Assembly: GCA_013329215.1 (NCBI GenBank)
Contig: DUKS01000029.1
Span: 426 to 45,700 of the forward strand
Origin: Nanobdellota archaeon
GTDB taxonomy: Archaea > Nanobdellota > Nanobdellia > SCGC-AAA011-G17 > GW2011-AR17
Direction: 5' to 3'
Length of the DNA: 45,275 nt
In this document: one piece after another, positions 36,666 through 44,744 of the stretch
Position numbering within the stretch: the stretch's first letter is position 1
How the letters are laid out: each line of letters starts with the position of its first letter
Position numbers and translations under genes: made by a program
The notes under the pieces: model-generated
What the model was told of the DNA's origin: nothing
Databases searched by the model: none
What the model saw: only the letters and a program-made list of their open reading frames with translations

Positions 36666-39278
36666 ATGCGTAAACTATTACTGTTCGCATTTGCCGCATT
36701 GCTCGTTTTCGCTTTGCCTGCATCTGCAACGGTTCTGGAAACAAGCCTTGCTGTGCGTGACAAGCTTCCTGCAGAGACGCTTGCTGACATTCCGGGCTTT
36801 ATTTCAAGGATGGAAACTGTCGGCTCAAAGGTTTCTGTTGATCCTGTTAATGGGTATTACACTGCCTATAATGAGGATGACTTAAAGGCAATATTTGGGG
36901 ATGATGCTGTTTTAGTGCCCTCTCCGCCCGGGCTTCTGACCATAACCTACAAAAGAGGCGGGACTTACAAATTTTGGGGCATGCTTCACGGGCTTGTTGT
37001 TGCTGATTCCGCAAGAAAAGTGATTACAGTCACAAAAGGCGGGTTTATTTCAAGCGAGGATCTGAATGTGAATATTGCAGGAGATGAAATCCGGATAGAT
37101 GCGGATAATCCTGCAAGCGTTTTGTTTAAAATACCAAGCAAGGGCATATATTCACAGAACAATTATTTCATGGGCTGCTTGTTGAAACAAGAAGCAACGG
37201 AAGAAGGGTGCATGGCATGGCTTTGCGAGCAGGAGCCCTATTTTAGGGAATGCGCACAGGAAAACCCCCTCTTTGAGCCCATAGAAGGATGTGACGCTAA
37301 TCAAATGCAAAGGTACAGGAATTATCTTCAGAATGAAATTGACTGCAGGACTAGCGCTCTTGTCAAACCGCAGGAGGCGTATGCCAATCTCACAGGCCAC
37401 GGGTTCTTGTCTGAAAATGCATTTATTGCGGACTACAAAACAAAGGAACCGGAATCTTTCCTGTCCAAGGCAATGGAAGCAGATGCTAATTTTGCCTTTG
37501 TATCTGACCTGTACAATGTTAATATGAAAAGAAGCAGGAGACTCGGCTTTACAGCATCCGCTCCCACAGGCGGAAGCATAGATTCTAAAGGCATTAAATC
37601 CGATGAGCTGTTTAAGTATTCTGTTGGGGAGCATGGAGAGAAGGCTATTTCCGGGGACCGGCTTGCAGTATATCGGCCGAGAGGTATAATACTAAAAGCA
37701 GAAGACATTGAAAATACCCCACACTTTGATCCTATCGTAAGGATTTTTGAAGGCAGCATAAACGATGAGCAGGCATTTGAAATAATGCAGATAAAAATAG
37801 GGGCTGTTTTTTTTACCCCTTCGAGCACCGGACTTTACACGCAATGTACGGAAAACAAGCCGCCTTACGAAGGCATTTCCTGTTTCTTGAGCGAAGAAAG
37901 CGGCTTGAATTACAAATTGAAAATAAACAAGCCTGCGGCACATGAACAGCCTATTATGGAGATAAACACGGATGCCATTAGTTTTAATCCGGACAACCCT
38001 TTTGAACGCAAACAGACATATATTGAGATAGAGCCTTTTGACATAAATGATGATTTGAGCATAGTCAGGCTTGTAAACAATGCGGATGCTGAAATAGTAT
38101 TCACAGGCAAGGATATAAGAATACCGCCTGTTGGCAATGACTGGGCAGAATTAGGCGTAAGCTTTAAGGCAAGCATTTATCCGTTAAGCCTCCCTCCGCA
38201 GTGCGACCCGGGGATTTTCATCGGGGAAGAATGTGCTATACCAAAGCCGGTAGAGGTGTATGACACAATAGAATGCAAGCTGCCTGAAAGAAAATGCTAT
38301 TTAAATGGTGTGGAAGTGACGGGATTTATTGGCGGAAGCGTGCAAAGGACTAAATTTTGCCATGAGGATTCAGACTGCTATAACAACCAGAAATGCATAG
38401 AAGGAATGTGTGTGATGAAGGCAACGTGCAGTGCATTAAGCTTAAGCAGCGCGGATTCTGGGTTCCCAGCTATAACAACAGGCCCCAATAAGGCAGACGT
38501 GCTGTTCGCCTGCGATGGCTATCCTTCTGAAAGCGCTTGTATAGACGATGTAAAGAAGGCTATAGACAAGGACAGCAGATACAATGGAATATTTTCTGTG
38601 GAGCCGTTCAAGAGCAATTTACAAAGATTTACATTTCATACTGCGGCAGGGAGCGCTGCTCCTTCTTCTCGAAACTGGATGCGCGATTTTAGTGTCAGCC
38701 GCAGCCTTTCAGACCCTTCCTATGGCTTGACTTACACCATAAGATATTCTAATTCTTTTGTAAAACAATGCCCTGATTCAGATTATACCATAGTTTTATC
38801 CAAAAAAGAATTCCGCTCATTTAGTGAAATTGAACATTTTTTATCAACAAGTTTACGGAACGTAATCTTCGGTACATTAGGCGCAGGGGTTTACATGAGC
38901 TCTGCAGATGATAATAACTTCCCTCAGACTGCGTTGCATGAGTTCGGGCACCTATTTGGAGGCTTGCAGGACGAGTATTATGAGCCCGTCGCAGGAGCGT
39001 CAGGAGGTATAGGCAACCCAAACTGCATTTCAAAAGAGGAAATACTATTGCATTGGTCCCTTTGGCCTGATGTTCTCGCAGATGCGTTGCAGGGGAAATG
39101 GAAAGGCTGCGGGGGGCCTTGTGAATCTTCAAAATGCGCAAGCCTGCTTAGGCCTTCTGAAAATTCTGTTATGAATAATGAATATACCTGGCTGGAAAAT
39201 CGCAATGAGCCCGGATGGAAAGCATTCAACGAGCCGAGCGAGGCACAGATTATAGAGAAGCTGAATGAGTATTCGTGA
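36666..39278 (+). CDS. Large secreted protein with Cys-rich module and C-terminal M64-like zinc metallopeptidase
   Basis: Signal peptide; Cys module CHEDSDCYNNQKCIEGMC; 'FSVEPFKS'; HEFGHLFGGLQDEY; 'RPSENSVM'. Confidence 0.8.
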   Translation: MRKLLLFAFAALLVFALPASATVLETSLAVRDKLPAETLADIPGFISRMETVGSKVSVDPVNGYYTAYNEDDLKAIFGDDAVLVPSPPGLLTITYKRGGTYKFWGMLHGLVVADSARKVITVTKGGFISSEDLNVNIAGDEIRIDADNPASVLFKIPSKGIYSQNNYFMGCLLKQEATEEGCMAWLCEQEPYFRECAQENPLFEPIEGCDANQMQRYRNYLQNEIDCRTSALVKPQEAYANLTGHGFLSENAFIADYKTKEPESFLSKAMEADANFAFVSDLYNVNMKRSRRLGFTASAPTGGSIDSKGIKSDELFKYSVGEHGEKAISGDRLAVYRPRGIILKAEDIENTPHFDPIVRIFEGSINDEQAFEIMQIKIGAVFFTPSSTGLYTQCTENKPPYEGISCFLSEESGLNYKLKINKPAAHEQPIMEINTDAISFNPDNPFERKQTYIEIEPFDINDDLSIVRLVNNADAEIVFTGKDIRIPPVGNDWAELGVSFKASIYPLSLPPQCDPGIFIGEECAIPKPVEVYDTIECKLPERKCYLNGVEVTGFIGGSVQRTKFCHEDSDCYNNQKCIEGMCVMKATCSALSLSSADSGFPAITTGPNKADVLFACDGYPSESACIDDVKKAIDKDSRYNGIFSVEPFKSNLQRFTFHTAAGSAAPSSRNWMRDFSVSRSLSDPSYGLTYTIRYSNSFVKQCPDSDYTIVLSKKEFRSFSEIEHFLSTSLRNVIFGTLGAGVYMSSADDNNFPQTALHEFGHLFGGLQDEYYEPVAGASGGIGNPNCISKEEILLHWSLWPDVLADALQGKWKGCGGPCESSKCASLLRPSENSVMNNEYTWLENRNEPGWKAFNEPSEAQIIEKLNEYS

Positions 39279-39507
39279 TAAAAAAGGCCTTAATACAATT
39301 AAGCGCGGCGGAGCCCTGCTTTCTTTGTATCCTGGTTTTCTGCAACACTGCTGCATCTTTTCTGCACCAAAACATTAACACCACTGCAATGCCTTGATAT
39401 ATGTAAGGCCTTGGGATTAGCTTGGAAAAAAGGGTCACTGTTTGCAAGGCTAATCATGTTCCGGGGGCGGAATTTTTGGTTAGAGGAAACTATAAGGCGG
39501 GTGGAAA

Positions 39508-39759
39508 ATGGAAAAGGTATATGAAGTAAGGGCGTACAGGTGGGCAGGCGGGCAATATGAGATGACAGAGCCGCATATTGTGCCGGGCAAATCGCGTGAA
39601 GAGGCGCGGAACAGGCTCGCAGCGCACATGGGCGAGGGCTGGAAAGCGTCTGAGGCTTTTGAAGCAGCGTTTGGCGGGAATCTGCAGCTTGAGCAGAGGC
39701 TGGAGATTTTTGAAAAGCTTGGCTACAGAATAGTAAGGGCGGAGAGGCAGGCGGAATGA
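39508..39759 (+). CDS. Small hypothetical protein (paralogue of 40704-41081)
   Basis: SD GGGTGG; C-terminus LEQRLEIFEKLGYRIVR. Confidence 0.6.
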   Translation: MEKVYEVRAYRWAGGQYEMTEPHIVPGKSREEARNRLAAHMGEGWKASEAFEAAFGGNLQLEQRLEIFEKLGYRIVRAERQAE

Positions 39760-40040
39760 GATGCAATATACTGTTGAAAGACCTGGGGTTTGCTAAAGCA
39801 TTGCTTTACAGGCTTGAGGATGATAACGGCGGGATGGTTGCTGAAGCGCTTTTCGGCTCCCCTGAAATGAGTGAGCTGTACGAGTTTGCACTGGCTGCGA
39901 TGAAATCTGATTTCAGCCAGCCGTCAAAAGCGCCTCTTATTTCTGACGCAGAAAAAAAGCCGGGGTTCAGGGCAATGACCGATGATGAACGGAAGGGGCT
40001 TGAAACAGTTATCTCAAAAGGCGCAAGAACATATCTGTGA
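39756..40040 (+). CDS. Small hypothetical protein
   Basis: ATGA overlap with the upstream gene; within the operon. Confidence 0.55.
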   Translation: MRCNILLKDLGFAKALLYRLEDDNGGMVAEALFGSPEMSELYEFALAAMKSDFSQPSKAPLISDAEKKPGFRAMTDDERKGLETVISKGARTYL

Positions 40041-40047
40041 GGCGAAA

Positions 40048-40671
40048 ATGGAAAAATCAGGAAGGATAGAAATGATAATCGGGCCGATGTTCAGCGGCAA
40101 ATCGTCTGAGCTTATACGGCGCGTGAACAGGTACATGATAGCGGGCTATAAAGTGCAGGCTTACAAGCCGCGGATTGACAACAGGTACGGCACTGATGTG
40201 ATTGCTTCGCATGACAATGAAAAGCTGAAAGCAGTTGCAGTAAGCCATGTTGGCCAGATTTATTCGAGGCTTGAAAAAGACACGGCTGTTGTTGCGATAG
40301 ACGAAGTGCAGTTTCTTGATGACGGCATTTTATTCATGGCAGACTGGCTTGCTGCATCAGGAAGGATCTTCATTGCATCTGGCCTGAACCTTGACTTCAG
40401 GGGCGAGCCGTTTCCGTTCATGGGCTCTTCCAGGACAATGGCAGAGCTTATCGTGCGTGCGGACAGGGTTGACATGCTTTCGGCAATATGCACTTATGCG
40501 GAAAACGGCCTGAACTGCGGCTGTGAAGCCACAAGGACGCAGAGGATTGTCAATGGCGAACCTGCTTCATATGACAGCCCCCTCATAATGGTCGGCGCTT
40601 CTGAAGCATATGAGGCAAGGTGCAGGAATCACCATTTTGTGCCGAATGCGCCTGTGCTGCATCTGCGTTGA
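40048..40671 (+). CDS. tdk: Thymidine kinase (type II/TK1-like)
   Basis: Motifs GPMFSGKSSEL, KPRIDNRY, IDEVQF, SGLNLDFRGEPF, YEARCRNH. Confidence 0.96.
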   Translation: MEKSGRIEMIIGPMFSGKSSELIRRVNRYMIAGYKVQAYKPRIDNRYGTDVIASHDNEKLKAVAVSHVGQIYSRLEKDTAVVAIDEVQFLDDGILFMADWLAASGRIFIASGLNLDFRGEPFPFMGSSRTMAELIVRADRVDMLSAICTYAENGLNCGCEATRTQRIVNGEPASYDSPLIMVGASEAYEARCRNHHFVPNAPVLHLR

Positions 40672-40703
40672 ATAATCAGCATTAAATAAAGGGGTGAACA
40701 GCG

Positions 40704-41081
40704 ATGGAAAAATTATACATGGGAGAGGCATATGCAGATTCAGAAAATGGCGAATGGGTTGACTGTGGAAGTGCGGGCGGTGGTTTTGTGGGCAATGGTA
40801 CCTACAGCAGGCATTGGTCACTAAAGTATCTTATTGTAGCTGAAACAACGGGGGATGCAGCTCATGCGCTTCAGACTTATTTTGGCGGCAACTGGAGAGT
40901 AAACTCCCTGGATGTACAGGAACTTGCATTGGGGGAAAATATGGCGCTTGAAAAGAGGATAGCAATACTTGCAGAACTTGGTCTTACTACCCTACGGCGG
41001 GGTTGTAAAAAGGGTGAGGTTGTGATGGCCGGAAAGAAAACTGATCGTGAAGGCAGGGAAAAACAGATGGGCCTTTTTTAA
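40704..41081 (+). CDS. Hypothetical protein (paralogue of 39508-39759)
   Basis: Starts MEKLY..AY; contains LEKRIAILAELGLTTLRR. Confidence 0.6.
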   Translation: MEKLYMGEAYADSENGEWVDCGSAGGGFVGNGTYSRHWSLKYLIVAETTGDAAHALQTYFGGNWRVNSLDVQELALGENMALEKRIAILAELGLTTLRRGCKKGEVVMAGKKTDREGREKQMGLF

Positions 41082-41117
41082 CATATTATGCTTATAAGAA
41101 AATAAAGGGGTGGAAAA

Positions 41118-42014
41118 ATGGATTTTGGAAACATAGAACAGATAGTTGCCACGCTGATGGCAAACGAAGACAGGAAAGACGTGGAGTTCAGGCACGCACT
41201 TGTAATGACTGAATTTGGGGACCTTGGGGATTACATAATGAACGACTCAAGGCTGAACCCGAATGCGAAGCCGCATGGCAGCAAACAGGATGAAGTGCTT
41301 GCTTACGGGCAGGCTTTTGTGCAGCTGGCTGCCTTGGCGCAGCTTAGGGAAATAAAGGTTGCCGATGCATGGGAGTCTGCCTCACGGCAAAATGCAGAGC
41401 TTGAAGCGTTTCCTAAAAGGGGCAAGACCGGCATCCTTCTCAGGTATGTTGGCATAATGAAGCAAATCAGCAGCCGTATAGGGCGGTATATTACGCATGA
41501 CCCTGTGCTTAATCCGAATGCAAGGCCGCACGGGACAAAAGCTGAAGAAGTTATGGCATACGGGCAAGTGTTTGTGCAGACTGCTGCTTTGGCCGGCCTC
41601 CGGGGCATAACGCTGGAGGATGCTTTTGAAAAAGGCCTGCAGAATTGGCTGGATGCTGACTGGAGAAAGAAAAAAGCTGCTGAACAAAAGGCTGCTGACA
41701 TTAAAACAATAAAGGGCATTCCTGCCTCTCCCGGCTATACATCGGGGCTTGCAGAAGTTGTCACCAGCATAAGCGAAATAAAAAGATTGGGCTCTATACT
41801 TGTTGTTCAATACGCAATGTCAGACTATGCTGCTGTGCTTAGGGACTATTCAGCGTGTGTATCAGACCACGGCGGGAGGACATGCCATCTCGCAACCATT
41901 GCAAGGGAAATGAATATGCCCTGCGTTGTTGGCACAGGCAATGCAACTGAGCGGATAAAGACAGGGGTGTCAATCGCTGTTGACGGTGATAAGGGAGAAG
42001 TGTATTTGCTGTAA
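41118..42014 (+). CDS. Tandem MazG-like all-alpha repeats fused to PEP-utilising phosphohistidine (swivel) domain
   Basis: Internal repeat LNPNA(K/R)PHG..(D/E)EV.AYGQ.FVQ.AALA twice; C-terminal KGIPASPG...SDHGGRTCHLATIAREMNMPCVVG...VDGDKGEV. Confidence 0.75.
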   Translation: MDFGNIEQIVATLMANEDRKDVEFRHALVMTEFGDLGDYIMNDSRLNPNAKPHGSKQDEVLAYGQAFVQLAALAQLREIKVADAWESASRQNAELEAFPKRGKTGILLRYVGIMKQISSRIGRYITHDPVLNPNARPHGTKAEEVMAYGQVFVQTAALAGLRGITLEDAFEKGLQNWLDADWRKKKAAEQKAADIKTIKGIPASPGYTSGLAEVVTSISEIKRLGSILVVQYAMSDYAAVLRDYSACVSDHGGRTCHLATIAREMNMPCVVGTGNATERIKTGVSIAVDGDKGEVYLL

Positions 42015-42017
42015 ACT

Positions 42018-42317
42018 TTACGGGGACACAATTATAGATTTCCCTTCATCAATAAGCGTGATATTCTTTTTATTTTTTAATTGATATTTCCTGACAAGCT
42101 CGCGCGGTATTCTCAAGCCAAGGCTGAGCCCCCACTTATTCAGCTTCACCTTGTATTTCTCCATATCCCTGTAGGTTTCTGCAACAGAATGAAGCTGTTT
42201 CATGCTTACCACTTCATCCCCGCAGGATTTACATTTAAAATATCTGTACTCTACTCCCTCTGGCGTCTTTGCAGCAAGCTCTTCCATCTCTTTTCCACAT
42301 TCATTGCACTTTTTCAT
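42018..42317 (-). CDS. Zinc-finger (YgiT/MqsA-like) plus AbrB-domain antitoxin
   Basis: CNECG...CKSCGD zinc finger, then KWGLSLGLRIP AbrB motif. Confidence 0.8.
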   Translation of the reverse strand: MKKCNECGKEMEELAAKTPEGVEYRYFKCKSCGDEVVSMKQLHSVAETYRDMEKYKVKLNKWGLSLGLRIPRELVRKYQLKNKKNITLIDEGKSIIVSP

Positions 42318-42949
42318 TTTTCTTTGGTCTCAACCGTTATTATCTTTAATGCCTGCCCTTTTATTTCTCCGACGCATATCACTTCAAAGCGCTTGTATCT
42401 TTTGCTTAATTTGATGCCGTGCTTGCCGAAGCGCTTTAGCTTCCCGCCGAGCAATGCCGCTTCAAGCATGTCAGGCATCACGCCTCTTTCCATTGCGCGG
42501 ATAAATGCGTGGCGGCTTATCTCGAGCTCATAGCCCCTAAGGCAGATATTATTTAATATCTTATAATATATACTAATATTTAAGCATTTCGGCGCAAAGA
42601 TTAAAACCAAGGCTGCCGGCAGAATAAAGACCCAGAAATATGGCGGATATTCCCTGCCTTTCTTACAATCTTTCACATTTATGCCAACAGCGTTAATCAA
42701 ATCCGTGCTTTCAGGGGAAATCTCTTCTATTGATGCGCCGCCTTTTTCAGTTATGTACACGCCTCTTCTCTTTCCGGGCTCAAGCGAGAAAGAAAAAACC
42801 CTTTCATCATTATTGTATACAATGTAATCTGCTGTTTCAACGAGGTTGTTCTCTACATAAACTTTGCCCTCACTGCAAATCTCCGAAGGCATTACAGCCA
42901 CTGCATTCACGCAGGGCATCAAAACCAAAAAAAGAAAAATCCATTTCAT
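42314..42949 (-). CDS. Chimeric ORF: secreted/TM domain read through into a DUF4258-like (RelE/BrnT-fold) toxin domain
   Basis: Signal peptide plus TM 'FWVFILPAALVLIFA'; C-terminal 'ISRHAFIRAMERGV...KIITVE'; overlaps the antitoxin start. Confidence 0.6.
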   Translation of the reverse strand: MKWIFLFLVLMPCVNAVAVMPSEICSEGKVYVENNLVETADYIVYNNDERVFSFSLEPGKRRGVYITEKGGASIEEISPESTDLINAVGINVKDCKKGREYPPYFWVFILPAALVLIFAPKCLNISIYYKILNNICLRGYELEISRHAFIRAMERGVMPDMLEAALLGGKLKRFGKHGIKLSKRYKRFEVICVGEIKGQALKIITVETKEK

Positions 42950-42950
42950 G

Positions 42951-44159
42951 CTATGCTGCCTTTGCAGTTATCTTGAGCTTGCCCTTGAAGATGCCTGCTT
43001 TTTTCTTTGGGGAAAATGCCCGCACCTTTATTTCTTTTCTCTCGCCGGGCTCAATTGCGATATTTGCGTCTTTCAGCGCAATCCATTCACCGTTAAAAGC
43101 TTCTATAAGGATATTGCTTTTATCACTCGCGGAAAAGCTTACTTTTACCATGTCAATGCCTGTGTTCCTTACATACAGCACGGACTCTTTGCTTTCCCCG
43201 GGGTTCAGCCTGCCAAAGCTTATGCTCTTTGTTTCAAGAACCGTTGCAATCCTGCTTACATACTCTATTTGCCTTGATTCTGTCGTGTTTGTTATTGAAT
43301 CAAACGCGGTTATTGTAAGGTTGTATGCCTTTCTTTCATCAGAAGGGGAAAACGCAAATCTGCCTGCAAACAAAACAGTTTCATTGCTTGCGTTTGCCCT
43401 GTTCATCATGATTTCCCTCCCGCCTATAAAGGCAGTAATGTTTGCAATGTCTTCAATGCCGTTTTCATCGCTGACAAGCGCTTCGATCCGCACTGTCTTG
43501 TTCCCCGCTATTACCTGTATGCCGTCTGCATCCATTTCGTCAGGCGTTATGTTTATGCTGGCGATTCTTGGCACCAGGTTCAGGGTCTCAAGCTCAAACT
43601 CAGCCTCATCTTTTTCCAAAGCAGTTTCAAACGCCCCTCCCCCCGGCGTTCCACCTTCTGCACTTTCTTCCCATCCCATTTCGCTTGTTCTTTCAAGGCT
43701 TTTGCCGTTGCCGTTGGCGCCGATTGAAGATGCATAGGAGAAAACATCGCTTTCATTCCCGTTTGTCAAATTCACAGTGCCTGCGCTGTTTGCCAATGAG
43801 ATTGAAACCTGCATTGCACTGAACCCGTCTGCCTCATCCCACACCCAGTCATTGTTTCCCCAGTATTTCTCAAACGAATCAGTGTCTGTGTCAGTTCCGT
43901 CTGTGAGCTCTTTTGCAATCACGAGATACTGCATTGGCCCCAGCGTGCCTTCCAGCTGCTTGTTGTTGGCAAGCCATTGGCTTAAGTCAATTGCTTCTTC
44001 TCCATGGTTGTAAACCTCAATCCATTCGCAGTCAGTGTCATCGCACTGGCTCGGGTTGTACATCACTTCAGTCAGGATTAGCCCGGCTGATGCAATCCTG
44101 CATGACGCGACCAATAACGATGCTGCCAGCATAAGCAGCCACGCCTTTTTGTGTCTCAT
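42951..44159 (-). CDS. Secreted lamin-tail-domain (LTD) plus Ig-like surface protein
   Basis: LILTEVMYNP...EWIEVYN...IDLSQW; GKSLER...GTPG. Confidence 0.85.
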   Translation of the reverse strand: MRHKKAWLLMLAASLLVASCRIASAGLILTEVMYNPSQCDDTDCEWIEVYNHGEEAIDLSQWLANNKQLEGTLGPMQYLVIAKELTDGTDTDTDSFEKYWGNNDWVWDEADGFSAMQVSISLANSAGTVNLTNGNESDVFSYASSIGANGNGKSLERTSEMGWEESAEGGTPGGGAFETALEKDEAEFELETLNLVPRIASINITPDEMDADGIQVIAGNKTVRIEALVSDENGIEDIANITAFIGGREIMMNRANASNETVLFAGRFAFSPSDERKAYNLTITAFDSITNTTESRQIEYVSRIATVLETKSISFGRLNPGESKESVLYVRNTGIDMVKVSFSASDKSNILIEAFNGEWIALKDANIAIEPGERKEIKVRAFSPKKKAGIFKGKLKITAKAA

Positions 44160-44343
44160 TTTGTATCCCTCCTTTTATGATTGCTTTTTCCATTTGCACT
44201 GTGTTCATAAACTTATCCTGAAAAAAACACGCAGTTCTTCACCGCTTTTGAAAATCTTAGGGTTTCATCCGGAGATTCTTTGCGTTTTGCTGGTTTTTAT
44301 CCGCATTTTTCCGGATTTGGTGGAAGCGGTTTTCCAAGCCCGT

Positions 44344-44395
44344 CGTCAAATCTCTGCAGAGATTTGACGGGGGTTCCAAAAACCTGCAGGTTTTT
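44344..44395. repeat. Two perfect palindromes (26 bp and 18 bp), both centred on CTGCAG
   Basis: CGTCAAATCTCTGCAGAGATTTGACG (44344-44369) and AAAAACCTGCAGGTTTTT (44378-44395); CCCGTCGTCAA repeated at 44339 and 44401. Confidence 0.8.
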
Positions 44396-44455
44396 AAGAA
44401 CCCGTCGTCAAGCCCGGCAGATAGGTTTTTAATCAGGCTGGGGCTCTTTTTTAAC

Positions 44456-44527
44456 ATGGTCAGAATCAATATCATCAATCCAAAACACCTTTCAGACCAG
44501 CACCTTTTGGCTGAGCACCTTGAGATA
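44456..44527 (+). pseudogene. N-terminal fragment of pyrimidine-dimer DNA glycosylase (T4 endonuclease V-like), interrupted
   Basis: MVRINIINPKHLSDQHLLAEHLEI resembles T4 DenV MTRINL...LADQHLMAEYREL; the frame hits TAG at 44540 inside the insert. Confidence 0.8.
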
Positions 44528-44741
44528 TGGATAATTCTGTAGGTTATATGACATTTTGAACAGAATTATCCATCAGACAATTCTGCCTATTTGTTATATA
44601 AGCCGCAGAATTGTCTATAGAGACTTTTGATTAACTTATTAGATATTGTCAAAAGTCTCTTAGAGAACTTTGGCATGCCATTATTTTGCATTTATAGGGG
44701 CTGCTTATATTGCAACCAATGGTTATTCAAAGTTCTCTATA
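44528..44741. mobile_element. 214-bp insertion made of four tandem inverted-repeat units (MITE-like stack)
   Basis: IR pairs 44527-40/44560-73 (14 bp), 44575-86/44605-16, 44619-30/44649-60 and 44661-72/44728-39 (12 bp each). Removing the insert restores the reading frame. Confidence 0.7.
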
Positions 44742-44744
44742 ATA

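Noticed and set aside
40685-41117. Repeated AATAAAGGGGTG at ~40685 and ~41101
   Set aside because: Explained as ribosome-binding sites preceding consecutive genes.
42730-43737. Long antisense ORFs (e.g. 42730-43737+, 6224-6925+, 10359-11018+, 11885-12505+)
   Set aside because: These are shadows of well-supported opposite-strand genes, with Ser/Phe-rich composition and no motifs.
44527-44739. CRISPR array, TIGR array or integron attC sites
   Set aside because: There are no identical direct repeats, no evident box C/D motifs, no GTT/AAC core sites, and no cas, tas or integrase gene in the window.
44520-44742. Bulge-helix-bulge intron interpretation of the 214-bp insert (GAGA/TCTC helix with TAT bulges)
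   Set aside because: Canonical cleavage would join GAG ATA to TAA, an immediate stop. The flanking helices are weak and TCTC is sequestered in hairpin 4.
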